Origin: an uncultured Actinomycetes bacterium
GTDB lineage: Bacteria > Actinomycetota > Acidimicrobiia > Acidimicrobiales > SZUA-35
DNA: 64,000 nucleotides
NCBI GenBank assembly: GCA_902826025.1
Contig: CADEDH010000010.1
Coordinates: 55,146 to 119,145 of the forward strand
Reading direction: 5' to 3'
Shown: positions 9,088 to 17,030 of the stretch, piece after piece
Numbering within the stretch: position 1 is the stretch's first letter
Layout of the letters: the number at the start of each line of letters is the position of its first letter
Made by a program: the position numbers and the translations under genes
The notes under the pieces: generated by a model
Seen by the model: the letters and a program-made list of their open reading frames with translations, nothing else
What the model was told of the DNA's origin: nothing
Databases searched by the model: none

Positions 9088-12000
9088 GTGGCCATCGTGA
9101 CGACGTCGGCAGGCAGGGATCCGTTTCTGGCTCGGGTTGGGGCACCGCCCGGGCGGGCTGGCCAGCTCGAACGGTTCGTCGATCTGGCGGCGTCGCTGGC
9201 CAGCGATGGGCCCGGCCTCCACCTGCTCGAAGCCCCGGCTGGAATGGGCAAGACCCACCTGCTGGAGGCAGCGGTCGACCGGCTGGCGGGGGCCGGCTAT
9301 CGCTGCGTGCGGGCCCCGTCGGAGCAGGGCCAGGAGCCGTACCGCACTGCGGTCCGCCTGTTGGGCGACCTGGGGGTGTCGTCGGGCGATCTGCTGGGAG
9401 GTCGTCGGGCGATCGAGAACCTGATGTCCGATCGGGCCCAAGCCGATCTCGACGGTCTGCTCGGCCGCCTGGCCCAAGCCGCCCTCGACGCCATCGGCAG
9501 CCACCCCACCGTCATCGTCCTCGACGACCTCCACTGGATCGACCCGGCCTCGGCCGGCCTCGTCGACGCGCTGATCAAGGAGGCGGCGGTCGCCGTGTCG
9601 CCGCCACCGGTTCTCCTGGCGCTGGCCTACCGGCCGATCGGGCCTGGCGTCGCAGCGTCGGGCCTCGTGACCCAGGTGGCCGGGGAGCGCCGGTGTGTGA
9701 CCGAGGTGTTGGAGCCGCTCGACGGGGCGGCCCTGTTCGAAGCGATCGAGCAGCTGGTGCCGGCCACGCCCAGCCCCACCTACCAGGCCATGGTCCAGCG
9801 GGCCAGCAACGGCAACCCGTTGCGGATCCGGGCCGCAGTGGAGATCCTGCGGCGCCGCGGTGTGCCGCCGGGCGTCGGGCCCGACGACCGGCGGGCCCAG
9901 GGCACGATCGACACCTGGGCGCCGTCGGCCGATCCGGTGACGAGCTGGATCGACGGGCTCGGCGGACCGGCCCAGCATGTGCTCGGTGCCGTGGCCATCC
10001 TGGCCGCCGAGTTCACGGCGGTGGAGGCCACCGCCGTGAGCGGAGAGGCCGGGCCTCAGGTGGACGATGCCCTCGACGCCGGCCACGCCGCTGGCCTGGT
10101 GGCCACCGACGGCACCCTCTACTGGTTCACCCACGCCGTGATCCGCGACGAGCTCGCCCACCGCCTTCCGGTGAGCCGCCGGGCCCGGGCCCGGAGGCGG
10201 GCGGTGGCCTGGGAGCGGTCCCGGGCCACCGCCGATCCTGCCGCCTGGGCCCGGGCGGCCGAGCACCTCCTGCTCAGCGGCGGCTCCGAGAGCCCGAGCG
10301 ACGGGGGCCACGTCGAGATCCTGGCCGCCGCCGCCGAGTGGGCGTTCGGCACCGGTGCCTGGGCGGCAGCCGCCCGGTACGCCGAAGCCGCCATCGATGC
10401 CGCCCGCCGCGCCGGTGCCGATCCGGCCACGATGGCCGACCTGGAGCTGCGGGCGGCCGAGGCCCACCACTTCAACCACGACCTCGGCGCCACCCGACGC
10501 CGGGTGGGGGCTCTGGCCGCCGTCGATCTCAGCGCCTTCGACGACGCCACCCGGAGCCGTATCGTCCGCCTGGCGGTGAGGGCCGAGATGATGGCCAGCA
10601 TCCAGATGGGTGGGGGCGACATCGACGTGTCGGCCCTGGTCGACTTCGTGGCCGCCACCACCGACGACAGGGAACGGGCCCAAGCCCTACAGCTCCTGGC
10701 CGAGTGCGACCTGGCCGGCAACCATCTCGACGAGGCGCTGGTCCACGCCCGGGACGGGCTGGCCCACGCCCTGCGTTCGGGCGATCAGCGCACGATCGGC
10801 CTGGCCTACGCCTCGGTCGGCTTCACCCATCTCACCCGCTCCGACCTGGGTCGGGCCGAGGATGCCTATCAGCGGATGCAGGGGTCGGCCGCCGCCGCCG
10901 GCGACGGTTGGTTGCTGAGCGAGTCGCTGGCCCGACTCCCCTTCATCTCGCTGGTGGTGGGTGATCTCGACGAGACCGAGCAGCGCTCGATCCGGGCGGC
11001 CGACGCCGCCGTCACCCACCGCCAGTACGTGTCGGAGTGCCTGGCCACCTGCACCCGCGCCTCCGCCGCCCTGCTCCGGGGCGACCTGGCCGCCACCGAG
11101 CACCACAGCCGGCGGGCCCGGGCCGTCATGCACCGATCCGGCTATCTCGGCGCGCTCCAGCACTTCTATCCGGCGTGGCTCCGGTCGTTCCTGCTGACCG
11201 ACGACCTCGCCGGAGCGGAGGCGCTGCTCGATCAGTGGCGAGCCGACGGCGGGGCCGAGGCGCCGCCCGCCCGACGTTACGTCGAGCTGGTGAGCGGACC
11301 CGGCGGCCGGGACCGGCGTCCCGGTTCGATCCCGTCGGCCCGGCTCCCGACCCAGTTCCGGGTGGGGTACGCCGCTCTGCAGATCGGCCTCGACCTCCGG
11401 GCCGGCGACAACGCCAACCTCGTTGCGCTGCTCGACCTGGTGGAAGAGGGGGTCGACCTGGGGCTGGTGTTCGCCATGAATTGGCCGGTGTGTCTGTTCC
11501 GGGTCCTGGGCGACGGCCACCTGGCCCTCGGCGCACCGGCCCGGGCGGCCGGATACTACCGCCTGGCCGCCGAGCGATGCCGCCGGGTCCGGGCCCGGAC
11601 CGAGCTGGCCTTCGCCCTGGCCGGGCTGGCCACGATCGACGACCGGTCGGTGAGCGACGACGAGCGCCGCCGGGCCGCGAGCGAGGCCTATCAGTTGGCG
11701 TCCCGCTTGGGTCTGGCGGGGCTGGCCGCCCCGGCGGCGCTGGCCACCCACCAGGCGATCGATCTCGAGGCCCACGCCGCCGATCCCGGCTATCGGGTGG
11801 TGCTGGTGACCGACATCGTCGGCTCCACCCCGCTCAGTGTCGAGTTCGGCGACCGGGCCTACCACCACGTCGTCATGCACCACCACCGCCTGGTCAGGGC
11901 GGCGCTGGCCGATCACGAAGGGGTGGAGTTCAGCGAAGGCGGCGACTCGCTGTTCGCCTGGTTCGCCGATCCGGCCCGGGCCGTCGCCTGCGCCGCCGAC

Positions 12001-12273
12001 GTCCAGGCCCGCATGGCCGCCGCCCGCCTGGCCGGTGCCGGGTGCCACGTGAGGATCGGGCTGGCCGGCGGGGTCCCCTTCGTCGACAACGGGCGACCCT
12101 ACGGGGCGGTGGTCAACCTGGCCGCCCGAATCTGCTCGGCCGCCGGGGCCGACCAGGTGCTGGTGTCCGAGCCCCTGGCCGCCGCCGCCCCCGGTGGGCT
12201 CGTCGCCCGCTCGATCGGACCGGTCGAGCTGAAGGGTTTCCCGGGCCGGCGCCCGTTGTTCGCCGTCGTCTGA
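9088..12273 (+). CDS. STAND/AAA_16-type P-loop ATPase with TPR-like helical repeats and a C-terminal class III nucleotidyl cyclase domain
   Basis: Walker A LLEAPAGMGKTHLL, Walker B VIVLDDLHWID, and a long Ala/Leu-rich repeat region. The C-terminus reads VLVTDIVGSTPL...GGDSLFAWF...GAVVNLAARI (cyclase metal Asp residues and Asn/Arg). The start is uncertain: GTG at 9088 with AAGGGGAG upstream; the ORF is open from 8914. Confidence 0.8.
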   Translation: MAIVTTSAGRDPFLARVGAPPGRAGQLERFVDLAASLASDGPGLHLLEAPAGMGKTHLLEAAVDRLAGAGYRCVRAPSEQGQEPYRTAVRLLGDLGVSSGDLLGGRRAIENLMSDRAQADLDGLLGRLAQAALDAIGSHPTVIVLDDLHWIDPASAGLVDALIKEAAVAVSPPPVLLALAYRPIGPGVAASGLVTQVAGERRCVTEVLEPLDGAALFEAIEQLVPATPSPTYQAMVQRASNGNPLRIRAAVEILRRRGVPPGVGPDDRRAQGTIDTWAPSADPVTSWIDGLGGPAQHVLGAVAILAAEFTAVEATAVSGEAGPQVDDALDAGHAAGLVATDGTLYWFTHAVIRDELAHRLPVSRRARARRRAVAWERSRATADPAAWARAAEHLLLSGGSESPSDGGHVEILAAAAEWAFGTGAWAAAARYAEAAIDAARRAGADPATMADLELRAAEAHHFNHDLGATRRRVGALAAVDLSAFDDATRSRIVRLAVRAEMMASIQMGGGDIDVSALVDFVAATTDDRERAQALQLLAECDLAGNHLDEALVHARDGLAHALRSGDQRTIGLAYASVGFTHLTRSDLGRAEDAYQRMQGSAAAAGDGWLLSESLARLPFISLVVGDLDETEQRSIRAADAAVTHRQYVSECLATCTRASAALLRGDLAATEHHSRRARAVMHRSGYLGALQHFYPAWLRSFLLTDDLAGAEALLDQWRADGGAEAPPARRYVELVSGPGGRDRRPGSIPSARLPTQFRVGYAALQIGLDLRAGDNANLVALLDLVEEGVDLGLVFAMNWPVCLFRVLGDGHLALGAPARAAGYYRLAAERCRRVRARTELAFALAGLATIDDRSVSDDERRRAASEAYQLASRLGLAGLAAPAALATHQAIDLEAHAADPGYRVVLVTDIVGSTPLSVEFGDRAYHHVVMHHHRLVRAALADHEGVEFSEGGDSLFAWFADPARAVACAADVQARMAAARLAGAGCHVRIGLAGGVPFVDNGRPYGAVVNLAARICSAAGADQVLVSEPLAAAAPGGLVARSIGPVELKGFPGRRPLFAVV

Positions 12274-12295
12274 GGGGCCGGTTCCATCCGGCCTC
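12274..12295 (+). terminator. Hairpin immediately after the STAND-cyclase stop codon
   Basis: ggggccgg / ttccat / ccggcctc gives 8 pairs including one G-U and a 6-nt loop, followed by an A/T-richer tract and the RBS of the next gene. There is no U-tail. Confidence 0.3.
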
Positions 12296-12326
12296 CGATC
12301 AATCATTGAGTAACAGGAGGCATGTG

Positions 12327-14591
12327 ATGGGACTGGGACGAACCTGGAACGAAGGGCACGGCAAGGAGTTCGCCGTCTTGTCGGCCGCATTCGCCGCAGC
12401 CGATGAAACGAGGATCAAGGACCTCAGCACGCAGTTGGAGGCGGGTGCCCCGATAATGACCGCCCGGGAAATCCTGCACGGCGCTGGGCCGTTCGCTCGC
12501 ACGAACAGCTTCGGTGTCGATCTGGACGACCGGTGGGATCCGACTGTGACCCAATTCCGCTGGTACCACCCCGAAGCCTGCTTCTGGCTGCCGTCCAAGT
12601 CAAAGCCATACCAGATCGACGCTGTGATGCGCCGGGCGCTGCTGGCGGCCTGCAGACTGTGGACGGACGGATACACCGACATCGAGTTCTGCGGCGTCTG
12701 CGAGCAGCAGGAGTTCAGGATTCGGTACAACATAGTGGAGAGCGGAACCCCCAAGCAGGTCCGGTTCTGGGTCGAGGTGCCCGACCACTGGGCCAGTTAC
12801 GACGTCACCGGGCGGGACAGCGACGATCGTGACGTTCGCCGGTTCCTCGAAGACTGGGGCGTGGGGGATCGGCCGGCTGGTGCCGCTGTATGTACCAGTG
12901 TTAGGGGTGGGGAACTGCGAAAGGGTGAGCCGTTCGATCCGGCAGCGTTCGACGGCGACACCGTCGATTACACGCTGATCGCGTGGGCTGACGAGGCCGA
13001 GGGCGGCATCGAACCGCAGGGAATCGAGAATTTTGCCGCTCCCGCCTCCGAAGTGCGCCGAATCGCCCGGATGAAGCGGCTTGCGGTGACCGCCGCCTGG
13101 ACTGTGCTGCCCGACGATGGGGCGGCGGAGGCATTGAATCCGGCCTCCGGGAGGGCAGGCGAGAGGTTGTGGCACGCACTGCACGGCGCTCCGGCCACGG
13201 ACGATCTGGTCGTGAGCGAGCCGGTCGCCCGAGGCGGGCTGGGACGGTACGGGCGGATCCTGCAGGCTGGTGAGCCCCCGACCGAAGAGCTACTGGGAGA
13301 GGTGGGCGTTATCGCCGCCCGGATGACTTCGGACCTGCCCGGCGAGATCCCGACCGAGGGATACAGCGACGCTGGCTACGCCTTCCTTGGACAGTTCATC
13401 GACCACGACGTCACCTTCGATTCTTCGTCGTCGCTCCAGCGGGCACTCGATCCGCACTCGCTCATCGACTTCCGGACTCCCAGGCTCGACCTCGATTCCA
13501 TCTACGGCGGCGGGCTTGCTCAACAGCCGTACCTCTACGACGAGAGGGGCCGGTTCGTCCTCGGTACCGACATCTCCTACGACGGGCGCTACCGGCCCGA
13601 TCTAGCCCGGTCCGAGCGTGGCGTGGCTCTCATCGGCGACCCCCGCAACGACCAGAACGCCATCTTGTCCCAGCTGACAGTTCTGTTCCTCCGGTTCCAC
13701 AACGCCGTCGTCGACGGGCTTCACCGTCCGGGGGCGGCGGGCCTGCCCTTCGCTGAGGCCCAGCAGCTGGTGCGCTGGCACTACCAGTGGCTGGTCGTGC
13801 ACCACTTCCTTCCGGCGGTGATCGGCCCCGCCAAGGCGGCGTCCTACCTGTGGCCGGCCGGCGATCAGCCCACGGGACCGGGGCTGGTCACGGCGTTGAC
13901 CGACGACAGGCTCAAGCTCAGCGTCGCCGGTGATCCGTGGGAGACGTTCATGCCGGTCGAGTTCTCTGCCGCGGCCTTCCGATTCGGTCACTCGATGCTC
14001 CAATCGAGCTACCGGACCACCGGCAACGGCCCGGCCGTTCCCACCATCAGCCGGGCCGGCCTTCTGCGGCGGCCGTCGTCGGCGGTCGACTGGCGGTACT
14101 TCGTCCGCGGCCTCGGTGACCCGAAGCTGGTGCAGACGAGCGCGGCGATCGACACCCACCTGCTTCCGGCGCTCGCTGACATGAGCAAGCTCAGCCTGAT
14201 CCCACCGTCTGACGGTGACCCGGTTTCGCTGCCGGCGCGGACGCTGCTCCGGGGACTGCGCCTACAGCTGCCATCGGGGCAAGCGGCAGTGGCGAAGCTC
14301 AACCAGCTGGGCTACCAAGAACTGAGGGCGCTGGACCCGGCCGAGACCGGGCTCTCGCCGATGCGCTCGGCGGAGGAGACACCGCTGTGGTACTACATCC
14401 TTCGTGAGGCGGAGCTGACTCGGGGCGGCGCCACTCTCGGCCCGCTTGGGGGGACCCTGGTGGCCGAGGTGCTGCTGGGCCTCCTGGTCCACGACGAGAG
14501 CTCGTTCCTCCACGCCGGCTGGGCTCCCGAGGAGGGCGACTTCACCTTCGCCGACCTGGTGACGGCAGCCGAGCGCTGGGCGGCCGACTAG
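12327..14591 (+). CDS. Animal-heme-peroxidase (peroxidase-cyclooxygenase superfamily) protein with a roughly 330-aa N-terminal domain of unknown family
   Basis: GQFIDHDVTFD (distal His), RTPRLDLDSIYG, GDPRNDQNAILSQLTVLFLRFHN (distal Arg), AAFRFGHSML (proximal His). AGGAGG at 12315-12320 lies 6 nt upstream of the ATG at 12327. No signal peptide. The N-terminal third matches nothing I recognise. Confidence 0.85.
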   Translation: MGLGRTWNEGHGKEFAVLSAAFAAADETRIKDLSTQLEAGAPIMTAREILHGAGPFARTNSFGVDLDDRWDPTVTQFRWYHPEACFWLPSKSKPYQIDAVMRRALLAACRLWTDGYTDIEFCGVCEQQEFRIRYNIVESGTPKQVRFWVEVPDHWASYDVTGRDSDDRDVRRFLEDWGVGDRPAGAAVCTSVRGGELRKGEPFDPAAFDGDTVDYTLIAWADEAEGGIEPQGIENFAAPASEVRRIARMKRLAVTAAWTVLPDDGAAEALNPASGRAGERLWHALHGAPATDDLVVSEPVARGGLGRYGRILQAGEPPTEELLGEVGVIAARMTSDLPGEIPTEGYSDAGYAFLGQFIDHDVTFDSSSSLQRALDPHSLIDFRTPRLDLDSIYGGGLAQQPYLYDERGRFVLGTDISYDGRYRPDLARSERGVALIGDPRNDQNAILSQLTVLFLRFHNAVVDGLHRPGAAGLPFAEAQQLVRWHYQWLVVHHFLPAVIGPAKAASYLWPAGDQPTGPGLVTALTDDRLKLSVAGDPWETFMPVEFSAAAFRFGHSMLQSSYRTTGNGPAVPTISRAGLLRRPSSAVDWRYFVRGLGDPKLVQTSAAIDTHLLPALADMSKLSLIPPSDGDPVSLPARTLLRGLRLQLPSGQAAVAKLNQLGYQELRALDPAETGLSPMRSAEETPLWYYILREAELTRGGATLGPLGGTLVAEVLLGLLVHDESSFLHAGWAPEEGDFTFADLVTAAERWAAD

Positions 14592-14613
14592 CGGCCAGTA
14601 GCCAGTGGGCGGC

Positions 14614-16722
14614 TCAGGGCAGCCGGTGGACGACGATGGGGAGGGCGGTGGTGCCGGCGGTGTCGTGGAGGCGGGCGGCACCCACCGTCAGGCTCCAGCC
14701 CGTGCGCATCGTGGTGGCGCACAGTAGCACGGGGCCCGGCGGGAGCTCGGCGGCGGCGACCGGGTCGACGGTGATGGCGTCCTCCAGATGGGCCACCAGG
14801 GCGGCGCTCGACGCGTTCGTCGGGGCGGGGCCCGCTCCGGTCCACCGCAGGGCGTCGATCAGGGGGAGGCGGCCGATGGCGGCCAGGTGGGCGGCGAGGG
14901 CCTGGTTGGCGGCGGCTTCCCCCGGCGGTGCCGGCGCCGGCACCACGGCCAGGGGCCGTTGGGGCCACACGTTCGACCAGCGGCGCAGCGCCTCGACGGC
15001 GCCGTCGAGCAGGGCCGGCGGGATCGAGCCATGGCCGGCGCCGGCCAGGGCGGTGAGCTCGTCGCCCCAGGCGGCGTCGTCGGCGAAGGCCACCGCCCGA
15101 CCCTCGGCGATGCCGGCGATACGACCCTTGCGGCCGGGGCCGTTGGGCCACAGCTTGCGCGGCTCGATCACCACGTCGATCCCCCGGAGGTGGGCCTGGG
15201 CGGCCCGGAGGCGGTCGTCACCGGGCCGGCCGCCGGGGGCCGGAAGGGTGCCGGTGCACACCGAGCACCGCCCGCACGGTGCCGGCGACGGGTCGTCGAG
15301 CGCCTGCTGGAGGTAGGCCATCAGGCAGCCCTGGCCTCGGGCGTAGCGGCGCATGAGGTCGGCCTCGGCCCGGCGGGTGGCGGCCAGCGAGTCCCACTTG
15401 GCGTAGTCGTGGGCGTAGGGGGTGCCCGTCGCCTCCCAGGCCGAGCCGTTCTTGGCCACTACGCCCTCGACGGCGAGGATCTTGAGCAGGGTCTCCAGCC
15501 GGCCCCGGCGGATCCCGGTGGCCGACTCCAGCTCAACGATCGAGCGGGGCGGGCCGCCGGTCAGGCGCTGGAGGGTGGCGTCGACGTCGTCGGGATCGGG
15601 AATCGATGCCGTGGCGAAGTAGTCCCAGATGCGCTCGTCGGCGGCGGCCGACAGCAGCACGGCGTCGGCCCGCTCGACGGCCCGCCCGGCTCGGCCGATC
15701 TGCTGGTAGTAGGCCACGGGGGTGGCAGGCGAGCCGACGTGGAGGCAGAAGCCGAGGTCGGGCTTGTCGTAACCCATACCGAGGGCCGAGGTGGCCACCA
15801 CCGCCTTCACCCGGTTGTGGCGCAGCCGCTCCTCGATCTCGACCCTCGAGTCGGCGTCGAGTTGGCCGGTGTAGGCCGCCACTTCGTGGCCGCACGACTG
15901 GAGGAAGTCGGCGAGGCGGTTGGCCTCGGCCACGGTGAGGACGTAGACGATGCCCGAGCCGTCCAGGGTGTCGAGGGCGTCGGCCACCCAGGCGTAGCGC
16001 TCCAGCGGGGTGAGGCCGGGGACCACCGAGAGACGCAGCGATGTGCGGGCCAGGGTGCCCCGGAAGGTGACCGTGCCCGGGCCGAGTTGGCGTTCGATGT
16101 CGGCCGTCACCCGGCCGTTGGCCGTGGCCGTTGTGGCCAGCACCGAGGCGGTGGGTGTCGACAGCAAGGCCCGGGCCAGGCGCTGGTAGTCGGGCCGGAA
16201 GTCGAAGCCCCAGTCGCTGATGCAGTGGGCCTCGTCGATGACGACGAGCCCCACGCGGGCCATGAGCTCGTCTAGACGGGCGGCGAAACGGGGGTTGCCC
16301 AGGCGTTCGGGGGAGACGAGCAGCACGTCCAGCTCGTCGGCGTCGAGCGAGGCGAACACCGGGTCCCAGTCGTCGAAGTTGGTGCTGTTGACGGTGGCGG
16401 CCCGCAGGCCGGCCCGGGTGGCCGCCGCCACCTGGTCGCGCATCAGGGCCAGGAGGGGCGACACCACCAGGGTGGGGCCGGCACCGGCGGCGCGGAGGGC
16501 GGCGGTGGCGGCCCAGTACACGGCCGACTTGCCCCACCCGGTGGCCTGCACCACCAGCACCCGGGCCGCCGGTTCGATGATGGCGGCCACCGCCTCCACC
16601 TGGTCACCCCGGGGCGTGGCTCCGGGGCCGGCCAGGCGGGCCAGCACGGCGCCGAGGTGGGTGGCGGCGTCGGTGGACCGCTCGTCGGTCATCGGGCGGT
16701 GGCTCGGTTCACTGCCCGTCAC
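14614..16722 (-). CDS. recQ: RecQ-family ATP-dependent DNA helicase with an extended C-terminal domain
   Basis: GWGKSAVYW (motif I), VVIDEAHCISDWGFDFRPDY (DEAH / RecQ motif II), TSALGMGYDKPDLGF, QQIGRAGR, and a Zn-binding segment CGRCSVC. Confidence 0.9.
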   Translation of the reverse strand: MTGSEPSHRPMTDERSTDAATHLGAVLARLAGPGATPRGDQVEAVAAIIEPAARVLVVQATGWGKSAVYWAATAALRAAGAGPTLVVSPLLALMRDQVAAATRAGLRAATVNSTNFDDWDPVFASLDADELDVLLVSPERLGNPRFAARLDELMARVGLVVIDEAHCISDWGFDFRPDYQRLARALLSTPTASVLATTATANGRVTADIERQLGPGTVTFRGTLARTSLRLSVVPGLTPLERYAWVADALDTLDGSGIVYVLTVAEANRLADFLQSCGHEVAAYTGQLDADSRVEIEERLRHNRVKAVVATSALGMGYDKPDLGFCLHVGSPATPVAYYQQIGRAGRAVERADAVLLSAAADERIWDYFATASIPDPDDVDATLQRLTGGPPRSIVELESATGIRRGRLETLLKILAVEGVVAKNGSAWEATGTPYAHDYAKWDSLAATRRAEADLMRRYARGQGCLMAYLQQALDDPSPAPCGRCSVCTGTLPAPGGRPGDDRLRAAQAHLRGIDVVIEPRKLWPNGPGRKGRIAGIAEGRAVAFADDAAWGDELTALAGAGHGSIPPALLDGAVEALRRWSNVWPQRPLAVVPAPAPPGEAAANQALAAHLAAIGRLPLIDALRWTGAGPAPTNASSAALVAHLEDAITVDPVAAAELPPGPVLLCATTMRTGWSLTVGAARLHDTAGTTALPIVVHRLP

Positions 16723-16750
16723 GGTACCGGGTGGGCCTGAAATCTCGGAA

Positions 16751-16791
16751 CTGTGGCGCCTCGTGCTGGATTCTGCGCGCTGACGCCACAG
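16751..16791 (-). terminator. Hairpin between the kinase/small-ORF unit and recQ
   Basis: ctgtggcg (16751-16758) pairs with cgccacag (16784-16791), giving an 8-bp stem. The 25-nt loop is large, so confidence is low. Confidence 0.2.
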
Positions 16792-16833
16792 ATCCCGGTC
16801 CTGGGGCGCAGGGCGTTCCCCTGTTCCGGCTGA

Positions 16834-16956
16834 TTAGCCGACGCTGGTGACCACGATCACGACGACGACACCTACGACGGCGGCCACAGCCCCGACAGCA
16901 GCGGCGATCGCGGCGACAGCGCCGGCCATCCATCCAATGTCGTCGTCGTCGTCCAT
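16834..16956 (-). CDS. Possible 40-aa single-pass membrane peptide
   Basis: Hand translation gives MDDDDDIGWMAGAVAAIAAAVGAVAAVVGVVVVIVVTSVG*. Third codon positions are G+C-rich. Below the ORF-track size cut-off. It sits between the kinase and recQ on the same strand. Confidence 0.25.
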   Translation of the reverse strand: MDDDDDIGWMAGAVAAIAAAVGAVAAVVGVVVVIVVTSVG

Positions 16957-17030
16957 GCCCTGGCCCTTCGAGGTGGTTCGCGAGCGGAGTCGTCCGGAGC
17001 ATACCGGGCCCGCGGGGCGAAAGGGTAGGC

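Noticed and set aside
11037-12326. N-terminal 430 codons of the 1184-aa track ORF 11037..14591.
   Set aside because: This part is Arg/Pro/Gly-rich and out of frame with, and overlapping, the STAND-cyclase coding region. A strong AGGAGG RBS and ATG at 12327 mark the real start of the peroxidase gene.
8908-12390. Very long minus-strand ORFs (8908..10683, 591 aa; 10687..12390, 567 aa) opposite the STAND-cyclase gene.
   Set aside because: Arg/Gly/Pro/His-rich low-complexity translations with no motifs. They lie antisense to a gene with clear Walker and cyclase motifs and are typical G+C-driven shadow ORFs.
12896-12945. Partial match to the ECF motif (GTGTTAGGggtGGGGAACTGCG...CGTTCGAT) inside the peroxidase gene.
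   Set aside because: Only the first 8 nt match the duplicated 30-nt motif, the spacing differs, and the site is intragenic. It is most likely chance.
14788-16537. ORFs 14788..16275 (+) and 15533..16537 (-, off-frame) overlapping recQ.
   Set aside because: Shadow or off-frame ORFs with low-complexity composition. The recQ frame carries all the helicase motifs.
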